Shown here in pieces: positions 10,585-20,838 of a stretch of 64,000 nt of DNA. The position numbers and the translations under genes are program-made. A model generated the notes under the pieces. The model was not told where the DNA came from, searched no databases, and saw nothing but the letters and a program-made list of their open reading frames with translations. Positions within the stretch are counted from its first letter, which is position 1; the number at the start of each line of letters is the position of its first letter. This DNA comes from a virus (lineage: Duplodnaviria; Heunggongvirae; Uroviricota; Caudoviricetes): IMG/VR virus record IMGVR_UViG_3300006143_000285, one strand, 5' to 3'.

Positions 10585-11392
10585 TCAAATATTTATTCTT
10601 GATACGTTGAGCGATTAACTGAAGATTGGCATTATGCTCTATATCAACTTGGAAATATGGGTGTTCATCTGAGAATATTCTACCGCCCAAAGCTACGCTT
10701 TCTTTAAATGTGGGATTAAACCAATCTGGCATTTCAAGTTTTTGCGAGGCTGCTCTAACACTGTTTTCAATAGTGTCTTCAATCAAATAGCAACGACATT
10801 GATGTTCAATAGGAGGGATAAGCCAAGCCGGAAAACTCACTTTTGGCGCAGAAAAGCCTTCATATTGCAAATGCCAAGGTCTTACTCGCTCATCGCCTTG
10901 TGTCATATAAGTCAATATTGTTGTCGGCTTCAACGCAGCAAGACCAGCAGCTATAATCATCGCATACTCCACGTCTGAATTCTCCACACGAGCATACTGT
11001 TTATTATATCTTGCAAAAATTGCGAGAATATCATCTTCGTCCACATCATCTTCGTCAGATTCATCCAACTCATCAATTTCGGACAGCATTTGATATTCTT
11101 CCGCAACCGCAAAATCTATTAAATTTTCGACAGCAGCTACCAAGCAATCTCGTCTGGCAGATTCCAATTCAGACAAACCTTCTGTATTTTTCAGCACTTG
11201 TAGTGCTTCTTCAATTGTCAAATTAAACCCATTGCAAGCATGGCCAATAAGGTGTTCTGCTCGCAAAGCCATAAGTTCTTCGAGAATTTCAAGGCGACCA
11301 TCTTCATCTGAATCAGACTCCATAAGATGCTCGAATATAACCAATAGCGCAGCATATTCTTTTTCATCACGTTCTTTATTTTCTTCGGGCAA
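10571..11392 (-). CDS. minor head protein, Mu F-like / SPP1 gp7 family
   Basis: C-terminal HQCRC motif (IEHQCRCYLIE) characteristic of the Phage_Mu_F family. Position immediately after the portal gene. Acidic insertion. Confidence 0.5.
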   Translation of the reverse strand: MPEENKERDEKEYAALLVIFEHLMESDSDEDGRLEILEELMALRAEHLIGHACNGFNLTIEEALQVLKNTEGLSELESARRDCLVAAVENLIDFAVAEEYQMLSEIDELDESDEDDVDEDDILAIFARYNKQYARVENSDVEYAMIIAAGLAALKPTTILTYMTQGDERVRPWHLQYEGFSAPKVSFPAWLIPPIEHQCRCYLIEDTIENSVRAASQKLEMPDWFNPTFKESVALGGRIFSDEHPYFQVDIEHNANLQLIAQRIKNKYLNASN

Positions 11393-11430
11393 CCTTTGTG
11401 CTTGTACCTCGGAGAGTAAAGCGGTGCCCT

Positions 11431-12747
11431 TTACTTTCTCTCCCTCAAAAAATTTGTCACACCACGGCTGTGACCGTAACGACGATAATATTCTTCGTCA
11501 GACATGCGGCGAGGGCCTGTAACTCCGTCCTCTCCAACAGACACGCCGCCACCGCCTCCAGTTTGAAGATTGATTTGCTTACCAACGGCTACACCAAAAG
11601 TTTTTTCCACTTCCTCCGATGGTACTTCAAAACGATCAGATAGAGCGGAAAATAGCTCAATTTGCTCTTTGTTGGACATCTCCAGACGATTTGAATATTT
11701 GAATTCCAATCCCGGCTTAATATAGCCGATAGCGACCAAACGAGGAATAATTTCCTCATTCATAATATTTTCAATGTATTCACGATATACAGCAATGCGG
11801 TCACGAAATATGTCTTGGTGCGCTCGTGTTGCGCCAACATAGGATTGAGTGGCACCAGCCATTGACTCAGATCCAAGAATCAAATTCGAGACTTCAGCAT
11901 TAACGTGCTCAATAAGACCGGTGAATATATGCTCTGAGTTGGACATTGAAAAAGTCTTGATGTCCACCTCATCATTCAAGCCAGTAACAATAACCTTATT
12001 CTGAGCAGCACTGGATATTTCATCTGCCATCCTGTGTCTATCTTGAATACTTTCTCCTTCAGTTTTCCCATGAATTATAGGTTGACCGTAAGTATGGGAG
12101 AAATTAACATAGTTGGCAAATGTGAACTTCTTGGCCAAAATCAATGGTGTAGTAGAAGAAAAAAGTCCAAGTGTACCAGAATTAATCAACACATACAGCT
12201 TTTCATATTTCTTGTCTTCAAAATCCCAACCCGGTAGCCATATACCCTGTCTGCGAACAATGCGCTTTTGGTCGGGCAAAATATTCCTTCGCTCAATTAT
12301 ATTGACCTCATTCAAACGCTCGGTCCGCTCATTAATCTCAGGACAAATTTCAATGCCAGTATAACCGTAAAGTTTTGCCTCTACGATACCTCGTATGATT
12401 TTGGTAAACTGAGTGCCTTGAATTTTTTTAGTTTCTTCTATATCTTTTTCATAGCGACCTTTCTCATTTTGCTTTGCTAACATATATCGTTCACCAACAA
12501 TCTGAGATTCGAGAGTTTCAAGCACACCAGACAGATGTGCGTCCTGTTGAACACACGCTTCATAAAGGTCAATCAGCTTACTGCGGTCATCAAGCACTGT
12601 CCCATTAACAACTTGGTTTTGGACAGATTTGAATCGACAATATCGCTCAATTTCCCTAATATATTCTTGTATTGTTTTTTTGCTTGTGCGGAAAATACTT
12701 TCCAGCAAATCAACATTGAATTTATCGTTACTGGTATTCGTAGCCAT
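11431..12747 (-). CDS. portal protein (Mu gp29-like candidate)
   Basis: 438 aa, first gene of the minus-strand head operon and immediately upstream of the Mu-F-like gene. Confidence 0.45.
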   Translation of the reverse strand: MATNTSNDKFNVDLLESIFRTSKKTIQEYIREIERYCRFKSVQNQVVNGTVLDDRSKLIDLYEACVQQDAHLSGVLETLESQIVGERYMLAKQNEKGRYEKDIEETKKIQGTQFTKIIRGIVEAKLYGYTGIEICPEINERTERLNEVNIIERRNILPDQKRIVRRQGIWLPGWDFEDKKYEKLYVLINSGTLGLFSSTTPLILAKKFTFANYVNFSHTYGQPIIHGKTEGESIQDRHRMADEISSAAQNKVIVTGLNDEVDIKTFSMSNSEHIFTGLIEHVNAEVSNLILGSESMAGATQSYVGATRAHQDIFRDRIAVYREYIENIMNEEIIPRLVAIGYIKPGLEFKYSNRLEMSNKEQIELFSALSDRFEVPSEEVEKTFGVAVGKQINLQTGGGGGVSVGEDGVTGPRRMSDEEYYRRYGHSRGVTNFLRERK

Positions 12748-12919
12748 TAATCTTCGTTTTCAGAAGAATAGCCTGAAGGAACAAATTCAGTTTTTCAAAA
12801 GCCAATTCGTCAATCGACAACTGTTGTTAAGTGTTAAACTCTTAATTTTCGATTGTTATTATAATGTGCAATAATCTAATATATTATGTACTTATCAAAT
12901 GTTAAATGTATAATTTTGC

Positions 12920-12950
12920 TTTGCTGTGTCAAAAATAGATATTAACTTTG
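12920..12950 (+). promoter_or_regulatory. Bacteroidetes-type promoter (-33 TTTG, -7 TAACTTTG)
   Basis: TTTG at 12920, then TAACTTTG at 12943..12950 with about 20-bp spacing, upstream of the 12991 ORF in a divergent intergenic region. Confidence 0.5.
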
Positions 12951-12990
12951 CTCTCGATAACTTAATTGTTCAACTAAAAATCACACCGCA

Positions 12991-13521
12991 ATGAAAACAG
13001 GTTTTGATTACTATCGTATCAAAATGGCTTGGACAGCGGAGCAAGAAGACGGCTCTCTGGCCAAAGTTAAGACCGAAGACTTAGTGTACGCATCCAGCTA
13101 CACAGAGGCAGAAAAAATCGCGTATGCGATTATCGAAGACCAACAGCGTACTCGACACAGTGAGGTTTTGATTGAAATCATCAAGACAAAAATCTCTGAA
13201 ATGCTGTTCAACGACAATCTACAGCATGTTAACGAGCTCGTCGGAGGCATGGTTTACAATTTCCTTGACCCTGAAGCCGACGAAAACATCGGCATCTATG
13301 CCGTTAAGGTAATGATCATCACCATTGATGAAAAAAGTGCAAAAGAAAAACGCACTTATGAGACCATCTACACACCAGCAAGTTCCAACACCGACGCTGC
13401 CGAGCGCATTCGCAAGCACCTCAGCATGTCTGATTTCGTTATCCGAGACATCAAATTCGATAAAGCCGAATCTGTCCTTTGGCCTACTGACGAATTCCAG
13501 TCCAAGTCTGCAATTGCCTAA
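12991..13521 (+). CDS. hypothetical protein
   Basis: 176-aa ORF with its own promoter. Confidence 0.4.
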   Translation: MKTGFDYYRIKMAWTAEQEDGSLAKVKTEDLVYASSYTEAEKIAYAIIEDQQRTRHSEVLIEIIKTKISEMLFNDNLQHVNELVGGMVYNFLDPEADENIGIYAVKVMIITIDEKSAKEKRTYETIYTPASSNTDAAERIRKHLSMSDFVIRDIKFDKAESVLWPTDEFQSKSAIA

Positions 13522-13982
13522 TGCAAAACGCTACTTCCGGGAAGCGTATTGAAAACATTCTATGCACTGAGCAAGCATTTCCGGAATTTCCCCAACTGCT
13601 CATAGGGGAATCATCTGAAACTGGCATTAAATACTTTGATGCCACCGCATATCTCAATAATACCGGTCTTTCAGCATACTCCGCAGAGGACTTCCTGAAA
13701 AACTATTTCCATCCAATTAACGCACTCATCACAGCGTATGAATTGGATAAAGGCAAGGTTGCCATCCAAAACCTTGAAAGCCATCTCCTAATTGATTGTA
13801 GTTTTATCTACTTGTTTATCTCCTATACTAACCCAGACTTCTTGGCGCACCTCAACGACCGCATTGATGAATTATTCACTCGTGGTTTTTGCGTGTCTGA
13901 CGCATATCTGTTTAGAACTGCCAAGGACCGGTTAACGCCAGAGGTCTTCTTAAATGGAGATAATGGCACCCGGACAGACTAA
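13521..13982 (+). CDS. hypothetical protein
   Basis: 153-aa ORF; its start overlaps the previous stop. Confidence 0.35.
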   Translation: MQNATSGKRIENILCTEQAFPEFPQLLIGESSETGIKYFDATAYLNNTGLSAYSAEDFLKNYFHPINALITAYELDKGKVAIQNLESHLLIDCSFIYLFISYTNPDFLAHLNDRIDELFTRGFCVSDAYLFRTAKDRLTPEVFLNGDNGTRTD

Positions 13983-14361
13983 AGAAGCTCGAAGAATCCT
14001 CGTATTCAACCCACTCAAGAAATTTATTGGAGTTTTTTCATCTCAATTGCAAGCAGCGCGAATTTTAGGGGTCAGAACCCCTACTGTCAAAGCCGCCTGT
14101 GATGGCGATGCAATATCCACTTGCAGTTTATATTTGCGATGGTGGGACCCCAAAATTGAAATAGATGTGGATGAAGAATTGGGCGTTCTTACGCTCAAAG
14201 AATACGACCAGTTATGTGGCGTTCACCGCAAAGTTTACAAAAACGGACGTATGAATCGCGAGAACTGGAAGTACAACATGAAAGCAACCCCCGAAAAACT
14301 TAAAAGCAAAAAGAAAAGAGATGAAAACAATCAAAGTGAAGGTAATCAACCGATCCAATAA
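13954..14361 (+). CDS. DNA-binding protein resembling the C-terminal HTH module of homing endonucleases (no nuclease domain)
   Basis: Segment FSSQLQAARILGVRTPTVKAACDG...YLRWW matches the F-x-S...AA..LGV...I...C.G...G..W pattern seen in HNH and GIY-YIG homing endonuclease DNA-binding tails. Confidence 0.25.
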   Translation: MEIMAPGQTKEARRILVFNPLKKFIGVFSSQLQAARILGVRTPTVKAACDGDAISTCSLYLRWWDPKIEIDVDEELGVLTLKEYDQLCGVHRKVYKNGRMNRENWKYNMKATPEKLKSKKKRDENNQSEGNQPIQ

Positions 14362-14764
14362 TCCACTGCCCGAATACAGCACTCTGATGTCGGCAGGCAT
14401 GGATCTCCGCGCATTTATTGACGAGCCAGTAACAATCAAGCCCAATGAGCGCAAACTTATTCCAAGCGGACTGCACATTCAGCTCCCTGAAGGGTATGAA
14501 CTTCAGGTACGCCCCCGCAGCGGACTTGCCCTGAAACACGGCATCACTCTCACCAACACCCCCGGCACTGTTGATGCAGACTACCGTGGTGACGTTGGTG
14601 CAATAGTCCATAATCTTGGCACAGAAGATTTCGTTGTCAACAATGGAGATCGCATCTGCCAGATTGTTGCAAAGGAATTTGTTCGCATTGAATGGATTCC
14701 CACAGACAGCCTCGACGAAACAGAACGTGGAGAAGGTGGCTTTGGTCACACAAAGGTAAAATAA
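14321..14764 (+). CDS. dut: dUTP diphosphatase
   Basis: 147 aa. Trimeric dUTPase motifs SAGMDLRA, PSGLHIQLPEGYELQVRPRSGLALKHGI, GTVDADYRGDVG and C-terminal GGFGHTK. Confidence 0.85.
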   Translation: MKTIKVKVINRSNNPLPEYSTLMSAGMDLRAFIDEPVTIKPNERKLIPSGLHIQLPEGYELQVRPRSGLALKHGITLTNTPGTVDADYRGDVGAIVHNLGTEDFVVNNGDRICQIVAKEFVRIEWIPTDSLDETERGEGGFGHTKVK

Positions 14765-14771
14765 TCAATCA

Positions 14772-14802
14772 CTGGAGAGGGCCATTCACAAGCTCTCTCC
14801 AG
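14772..14802 (+). terminator. stem-loop after dut (weak terminator)
   Basis: ctggagag..ctctccag, 8-bp stem with no clear T-run. Confidence 0.3.
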
Positions 14803-14815
14803 CAAACATATTCTT

Positions 14816-15985
14816 ATGAGCACCATAATTTATAAAGAACTCGCTTATGGAAGTAAGCCGGTTAGAGTTCTAATTGACGAAGGCGGAACTATATGGCTAT
14901 GCGCATACGACATTTGTCGTGTGATGAGCCGCCCACAGTTCATGTGTACCAACCCAATCTACACCATGTGCCCATCTGCCGTCAAACTAAAATTTGATCC
15001 GAGGCGAGAGGCAATGTGGGCAATACGCAGAAAGGATGTAGCCAAATACTTCTACCTCATTAAGAACGAAAGCTCTCATACCGCAAGGACTTACAAGCAA
15101 GTGGTAGAATGGGCCGAAGGTTTAACGCCAGAGGTTATTGTCAATGCCAGCGGAGTAACCCATAAAACGGTCAAAGCTGCTCAAAACAAAACTTCCTCCT
15201 CTGAAATAACTGTATTCCAATACAATGGAACCAACATTTCCTTCTTGGCTGGAGAAGATACAACTATCAATGCCACGGAAATGGCCCAAGCATTCAATAA
15301 ATCCGTATATGATTGGACTCGACAAAAATCTACTAAAGAGTTTGTAAAAACTCTATCATCAATCAAGGGAATCCCCTGTTCGGCTCTTATTCAGGCTGTT
15401 AAAGGAGGTAATGATCGAGATAAGCAAGGAACTTGGATGCACGAAGATGTCGCTATCGAGTTCGCCCATTGGCTGTCTCCAGCGTTTGCAATATGGTGTA
15501 ATGACCGAACTAAGGAACTGTTGAGACACGGCATGACGGCAATGTCCAAAACTCTTGATGAGATGATTGACAATCCAGACCTCGTAATCGGAATGGCAAT
15601 GCGTCTCAAAGAGGAGCGAGCAGCTAAAGAACTGGCGCAACGAGAACGAGCCGAAGCTCTCCAAGAGCTGTCTGCTACATCAAACAGACTGTCAATAGCA
15701 ACGCCAAAGGCCAATTATTACGATGCAGTCATTGAAGCACGAGAGTTATATACCACACTTCAACTTGCTGGAGAACTTGGAATGTGCTATCGTACACTCC
15801 GCTGTAAACTTGCCAAACTTGGCGTAGTTACAACCGATAAAGGACCGGCCATCCTTACTTCAGGACATGAAGATTGGGGAGAAATGGTGATGACACCCGG
15901 TCCAAAAAAGTGTGAATTCCTGAAATGGAATAAATTAGGGCGTGAAAAGATTTTCGCTCTAATTAACCCCGAACTTCCAACCTAA
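14816..15985 (+). CDS. antirepressor-like protein (Bro-N N-terminus plus KilAC/ANT C-terminus)
   Basis: N-terminus VRVLIDEGGTIWLCAYDICRVM fits Bro-N. C-terminal region resembles KilAC/ANT antirepressor domains. Confidence 0.5.
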   Translation: MSTIIYKELAYGSKPVRVLIDEGGTIWLCAYDICRVMSRPQFMCTNPIYTMCPSAVKLKFDPRREAMWAIRRKDVAKYFYLIKNESSHTARTYKQVVEWAEGLTPEVIVNASGVTHKTVKAAQNKTSSSEITVFQYNGTNISFLAGEDTTINATEMAQAFNKSVYDWTRQKSTKEFVKTLSSIKGIPCSALIQAVKGGNDRDKQGTWMHEDVAIEFAHWLSPAFAIWCNDRTKELLRHGMTAMSKTLDEMIDNPDLVIGMAMRLKEERAAKELAQRERAEALQELSATSNRLSIATPKANYYDAVIEARELYTTLQLAGELGMCYRTLRCKLAKLGVVTTDKGPAILTSGHEDWGEMVMTPGPKKCEFLKWNKLGREKIFALINPELPT

Positions 15986-16013
15986 ATCACATTCTTGTCG
16001 CAAACATTGTACA

Positions 16014-17960
16014 ATGTTTGCGACAAGAAAATTTCATCAAAATATGAACAATCAGCAATATGCAGCAGAACTTGTCGAAAAACTCAAAGAGTACAATCGA
16101 CAATACAGACTGGGAAGCCCAAATATCTCAGATTTAGAATACGACCAGATAGTCGATGCTCTACGAGAGTTGGATCCGAACAATGCGTGGTTCACCCAGA
16201 TTGAGCCAGCTCCAGTTCCGGGTTCTCGTAAACGAAGGCTTCCAATTCCTATGAAATCGCTCAATAAAGTCAAAAGTTTGGCCGATGTCAAGCAATGGCT
16301 AAACTCTCTTGCCATTCCACCAACAGCGTCGATAGTCATCACTCCAAAATTTGACGGTGTATCATGGCTCCATGATGAGGCAACAGGAATGACTTACTCT
16401 CGTGGCGGTTCTGAAAATGAAGGGCAAGATTGCTCCTTACACTACAAAAATGGCATGTTCAGCGATTATGCTGAAAGTCATGGTTACATCTCGCCTAAAA
16501 TAACTTTTGGCGAATTGGTGTTCCGTTGTAAAATGTGGGATGTGAACTATGTAAAGAAAAACTCTCCGTACAAGTCACCCAGAAACACAGCGGCGGGATT
16601 CATTAACCGAGATGTAGTGCCGCCTGTGGAAATGATGACGCTTGATTTCTTCAGATACGGAGTAGGAGACGAAAGTCTGGAAGAATACGACACATACACA
16701 CAGTTGTATGATGCTTTAAGCAAGACATTTGGTCAGCCTAATCTGAAATGGACCATCCCAGTTGAGCAACTTTCGGAAGAGCTTCTTTCAAGATTATTCA
16801 TTGAATGGCGCAAAATCTACTATATTGATGGGCTTGTCATTTATCTTGATGACCTTATCTTATGGAAGGTGATCGGTAGGCAACAAAATACTGGCAATCC
16901 TCTTTACGCAATGGCCTACAAGCATCCAGATTTTACAGAGTCTTTTGAGACAACTGTGAAAGGAATTGACTGGAATGTGAGCAAAGCAGGCGCATTGAAG
17001 CCAGTAGTCAATATAGAAGCTGTTGACACCGGTGACTGTACGATGGAGAATCCCACTGGCTATAATGCTGGGTGGTGTAAAGCGAATCGTATTGCAACCG
17101 GTTCACGCATCCTTGTTACTCGTTCTGGTGGTGTTATTCCCAAGATACTGGAAACAATCTGTGGGAAAACGTTCAGCGAACCTAAAATATGTCCGGCCTG
17201 TGGTGCACCTACGCAATATGATGAAAAAGGCATTGAGCTATATTGCACCAATCCTGAATGTAAGGGACGCAAATTGGCGAAGATTGCTCACTTTTTGAAT
17301 ATTGTTGGCGTTGAAAATATTGGCGATGAAACAATTGCCAAGATGTTTAATGCTGGACATCAATCCATCAAATCCATTCTCAATATCACTTGGGACGAAC
17401 TGATGGATATTGAAGGGTTTGGGGAAGTTATCTCAAACAACATTCTCGATCAAATGAGAAAAATCAAAGAAGGCATTGATTTGGCTACTTTGATGCACGC
17501 CAGCGACTGCTTTCAGGGAATTGGAAAGATAAAGGCTCAGAAAATTCTCGATGAAATGTCGCCCACAACTTTCGATTGGTTCATTCGTGGTAAAGTCGAG
17601 CGAGTTTGGCCGTCAAATCAGGAATTGGCTACACTATCAAAAACTCAGCAGTCCTTTGTTTTAGGGATTGTGCCCTTCCACGAGTTTCTAATAGAAACAG
17701 ACATACCCTTCAAGATTGCCACTCAGGTTGTTGACAAAGACGGCAAATACAAAGGGATAACTGTTTGTTTCTCAGGAGTGCGTGATGCCGCTCTTGAAGA
17801 AGAAATTAAAGCTGGTGGTGGCACTATTGCGTCCGGAGTTTCCAAGAAAACAACCCATCTGGTTGTAAAAGATACCAACGGAACCTCCAGCAAAATTTCT
17901 AAAGCCAAGGACCTCGGAATTCAAATACTTAGTATGGAAGATTTCAAAAACAAATTCTAA
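16014..17960 (+). CDS. ligA: NAD-dependent DNA ligase
   Basis: 648 aa. Domain Ia (ISDLEYDQIVDALRELD), adenylation KxDG motif (PKFDGVSW), Cys4 zinc finger (CPACGAP...CTNPECKGR), HhH region and a C-terminal BRCT domain. Confidence 0.9.
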   Translation: MFATRKFHQNMNNQQYAAELVEKLKEYNRQYRLGSPNISDLEYDQIVDALRELDPNNAWFTQIEPAPVPGSRKRRLPIPMKSLNKVKSLADVKQWLNSLAIPPTASIVITPKFDGVSWLHDEATGMTYSRGGSENEGQDCSLHYKNGMFSDYAESHGYISPKITFGELVFRCKMWDVNYVKKNSPYKSPRNTAAGFINRDVVPPVEMMTLDFFRYGVGDESLEEYDTYTQLYDALSKTFGQPNLKWTIPVEQLSEELLSRLFIEWRKIYYIDGLVIYLDDLILWKVIGRQQNTGNPLYAMAYKHPDFTESFETTVKGIDWNVSKAGALKPVVNIEAVDTGDCTMENPTGYNAGWCKANRIATGSRILVTRSGGVIPKILETICGKTFSEPKICPACGAPTQYDEKGIELYCTNPECKGRKLAKIAHFLNIVGVENIGDETIAKMFNAGHQSIKSILNITWDELMDIEGFGEVISNNILDQMRKIKEGIDLATLMHASDCFQGIGKIKAQKILDEMSPTTFDWFIRGKVERVWPSNQELATLSKTQQSFVLGIVPFHEFLIETDIPFKIATQVVDKDGKYKGITVCFSGVRDAALEEEIKAGGGTIASGVSKKTTHLVVKDTNGTSSKISKAKDLGIQILSMEDFKNKF

Positions 17961-17993
17961 ATATGGGGAGCAGCTGCTCCCCATATTTATTTG
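17960..17993 (+). terminator. rho-independent terminator after ligA
   Basis: Perfect palindrome atatggggagcagctgctccccatat followed by TTATTT. Confidence 0.75.
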
Positions 17994-18040
17994 ACATCAT
18001 ATATATTACGATTTTTACACAAAGAAAATATACAATTTAT

Positions 18041-18071
18041 TTGTTGGTGTGAAAAATTAAACTTAACTTTG
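18041..18071 (+). promoter_or_regulatory. Bacteroidetes-type promoter (-33 TTTG, -7 TAACTTTG)
   Basis: TTTG at 18041 and TAACTTTG at 18064..18071, upstream of the recombinase gene start at 18097. Confidence 0.5.
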
Positions 18072-18096
18072 CTATCGAAACTGAAAGAGACAATCT

Positions 18097-18684
18097 ATGG
18101 CAAAGAAAAATCAACTCACAACCGCAGATCATTTGGAATACTCTGAGTATCTCAAACTGGTCGATGGGCTGCATGAAGATAAGGAATATTTTTGGGAATT
18201 GTATGCCCGATTATCATTCTGTACCGCTTGTCGTGCCTCCGATGTGCTTCAACTTCGATGGGTTGATGTTCTCGACAAAACTGAAACGGTTGTTCTGGAA
18301 AAGAAAACAGGCAAGCCTCGCAAAATTTCATTCAACAAATCAGTCCGAGATAAACTCCGTGAACTCTGGACCCTCATGGGCTGTCCCAATAAGGCTTTAT
18401 ACATCTTCCAGACAAATCGGACCGGCCAGCCAATGACCATTCAAAATGTCAACCAACAGCTAAAACTGTTCAAATATAAATATCGCCTCAATATCAATCA
18501 TTTTTCCACTCATACTTTCAGGAAAACATTCGGGCGATATGTTTATGACACAAATGGCCATAGTGCTGAAAGTCTCATTCTTTTGAACAAGATACTAAAC
18601 CATTCCAATATTCAAGTCACAAAAACCTATATTGGAATTACACAAGACGAAATCAATGACGTATTCAACTCGATACGTTTCTGA
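18097..18684 (+). CDS. small tyrosine recombinase (catalytic domain only; FimB/FimE-like size)
   Basis: 195 aa. Box I Arg (TACRASDV), HTFRKTFG (HxxR) and TKTYIGI catalytic Tyr. No N-terminal arm or core-binding domain. Confidence 0.7.
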   Translation: MAKKNQLTTADHLEYSEYLKLVDGLHEDKEYFWELYARLSFCTACRASDVLQLRWVDVLDKTETVVLEKKTGKPRKISFNKSVRDKLRELWTLMGCPNKALYIFQTNRTGQPMTIQNVNQQLKLFKYKYRLNINHFSTHTFRKTFGRYVYDTNGHSAESLILLNKILNHSNIQVTKTYIGITQDEINDVFNSIRF

Positions 18685-18782
18685 TTCCATATAGGCATTA
18701 GCCACATAAATTGACGTGCGACACAGTTTCGCACCCTTCTATCTCATCGACAAACCGGCTGACAAAGCCAAACTGAATTCGT

Positions 18783-19322
18783 ATGAAGAATCATGCAGAA
18801 GGGTGTGGTGTGCCGCATGTGTACGTTTGTGCCAAGTGTGGCAGCATAGTTCACCCTCACGAATTTCATCGTGATCCTCAAATTTACGACCGGATGCTTA
18901 ATGATTCGGTCTGCTTTGAGTGTGCGTATTGGATGAACATCATCGACCATCGTATGAACTACGATTACATTATCGAACATCAGTATTATGCTGTGCTTCC
19001 GATAATCAAGCCAAAGAAAAAAATTGCGCATATTTTGACGCATGAAGGCCACATCATTCATTCTTCAGAGCTATTCAGATATGGAGAGATACCTGAACGA
19101 TTTTGGAATGACCTTCCAAACAATGCGAATTTCATCACTCATCAGAAGGCTAAGTCTATTAGCGTCAATTCAGAATTCCATTGTGACAGAATTGGCTGCT
19201 GGGATAGAAAATACTGTTTCTGGTTTCATGGTCAGATGGACTGGAATGAGATTCCCAAGAATCACGAGGTAGGCTCTGAAAACTGTCCAATGTTTATCAA
19301 CAAATTAAATCCAAAGCAATGA
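18783..19322 (+). CDS. Cys/His-rich hypothetical protein (zinc-binding candidate)
   Basis: 179 aa with several CxxC and His clusters (CAKCGS, CFECAYW, HCDRIGCW). Confidence 0.3.
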   Translation: MKNHAEGCGVPHVYVCAKCGSIVHPHEFHRDPQIYDRMLNDSVCFECAYWMNIIDHRMNYDYIIEHQYYAVLPIIKPKKKIAHILTHEGHIIHSSELFRYGEIPERFWNDLPNNANFITHQKAKSISVNSEFHCDRIGCWDRKYCFWFHGQMDWNEIPKNHEVGSENCPMFINKLNPKQ

Positions 19323-19739
19323 TGCTTGCAATCAAAATCATCGCTGGCTTAATAGCTCTCGGTTTGGTTGGATTCTTTGTGTGGTTCATCCATATCGTAG
19401 TGATGGCTATTATATTTGACAACCGCCAATGCAAGAATTGTCCAATGAAAGAACAATGTCAAGACGCCGTAACCGCCGGTCTACCTACGCTTTGCAATAA
19501 TTCAACACCTCTATATACCCGACAATTATGGTAACAGTCAATATTATCAAATTCTACGATGACGTGATGATAGAGTTTGACGCAAACTTCAGATTAATGG
19601 TCAAATTCATCAAAAGACAAGAAATTGAATATCGAAACTGGATATTCAAGCACATCTGCCGTTACCACTCAGCAATTGCTAAACTCATAACTGGAAGCAG
19701 CGTCAAGACTGTCAGCCAACAAAATATCAGAAATCATAC

Positions 19740-19946
19740 ATGGAAAAAGAAAAAATCTATCGCACCCCTCGTGCCGGAGTTGAATATGCTCCTAATAGTG
19801 GTAATCTTCTGCTGACACGATGTCCAGAGTGCTACCGCGAAAACTATATGCTCAATGTGGCGTATGGTATCTGCACTTGGTGTGGGTATAATGCCCACAA
19901 AGATCCTCAGATAATTAACTTTCTCAAAAGACTGAACGATGAATAA
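19740..19946 (+). CDS. zinc-ribbon protein
   Basis: 68 aa with CPEC...CTWCG. Confidence 0.3.
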   Translation: MEKEKIYRTPRAGVEYAPNSGNLLLTRCPECYRENYMLNVAYGICTWCGYNAHKDPQIINFLKRLNDE

Positions 19947-20292
19947 ACAAGAATTTGAACAACTGTCAGGAATTTTCGACGAGATAGCCTTCATCGAGAA
20001 ACTGGAACAAATGGCAAAGAATAGTGGCAATGGCGGCTTGCTATTTATGGCAACACCAGCTATTCCTCGAATTCATTTTAGTAGCAACTGGGCCCTACAA
20101 TCAAGTGACAATTGCATAACTATCCCTGAAAATCTTTCAAGGCTCATTCTTGCAAACCTTGTGAGCTACAAAGACGTGGTGAAAGACATCGTTAGCAATC
20201 TCGCAGTGGTGGACAAATCAGCCATTCCTGACCCGCCTGAAGACGATGCAGATGTGGACACGCCTGAAAGCGAAGATAACTCGGAAGACTAA
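19939..20292 (+). CDS. hypothetical protein with strongly acidic C-terminal tail
   Basis: 117 aa with C-terminus PDPPEDDADVDTPESEDNSED, followed by a terminator. Confidence 0.35.
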   Translation: MNKQEFEQLSGIFDEIAFIEKLEQMAKNSGNGGLLFMATPAIPRIHFSSNWALQSSDNCITIPENLSRLILANLVSYKDVVKDIVSNLAVVDKSAIPDPPEDDADVDTPESEDNSED

Positions 20293-20297
20293 AAATC

Positions 20298-20334
20298 AGC
20301 CGGGCAGCTATTAGTATGCCCGGCTATCTTTATT
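20298..20334 (+). terminator. rho-independent terminator
   Basis: agccgggca..tgcccggct, 9-bp stem followed by ATCTTTATT. Confidence 0.7.
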
Positions 20335-20407
20335 GACGAGTAAGTATGAACGAATATAAACAATTATACTAAGTAAGACTATTCTTCCACGAAACTCCAA
20401 AGATAAA

Positions 20408-20665
20408 ATGACACAGACAGAAAACAAAAGAGTGAAAGAGTTTGCAAAATCTCTAATTGAAACATTTGGTTATACATTCCAAGTGCCGAGCCGTGAAATT
20501 GCCAAAGAATTGAAATCGGTTAGCTACATCACTGCAAACAAGTATTTGAAACTACTTTGCGATGACGGCTATATGACCCGTGAAATGACATCACGCAAAC
20601 ATGGCTGGAGATACAAGTTTAATAAAAAAATTTTTCAATTACTTTATATAGATGGCCAATTCTAA
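20408..20665 (+). CDS. winged-helix DNA-binding protein
   Basis: 85 aa. Segment EIAKELKSVSYITANKYLKLLCDDGYM has an HTH-like pattern. Confidence 0.3.
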   Translation: MTQTENKRVKEFAKSLIETFGYTFQVPSREIAKELKSVSYITANKYLKLLCDDGYMTREMTSRKHGWRYKFNKKIFQLLYIDGQF

Positions 20666-20838
20666 ACCAAAATTCAAAATGAGCTTCGACGAGATGGCTG
20701 AGTTATTTGCCCACGAGCATCCAGAACTTATTCCCAACAAATCAAACGTGGGCCGATTTGCTCGTAAGCTGGGATATAAACCAGTAAAACAAGTCATCAA
20801 CTACAAACAAATCTATTCATATTTCAACTCAGAACTCC

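Noticed and set aside
18097-18684. Prophage integrase with attachment site, implying an integrated prophage
   Set aside because: The recombinase is too small for a lambda-type integrase. No flanking host genes or att-like tRNA 3' duplication were seen. The window reads as contiguous phage DNA.
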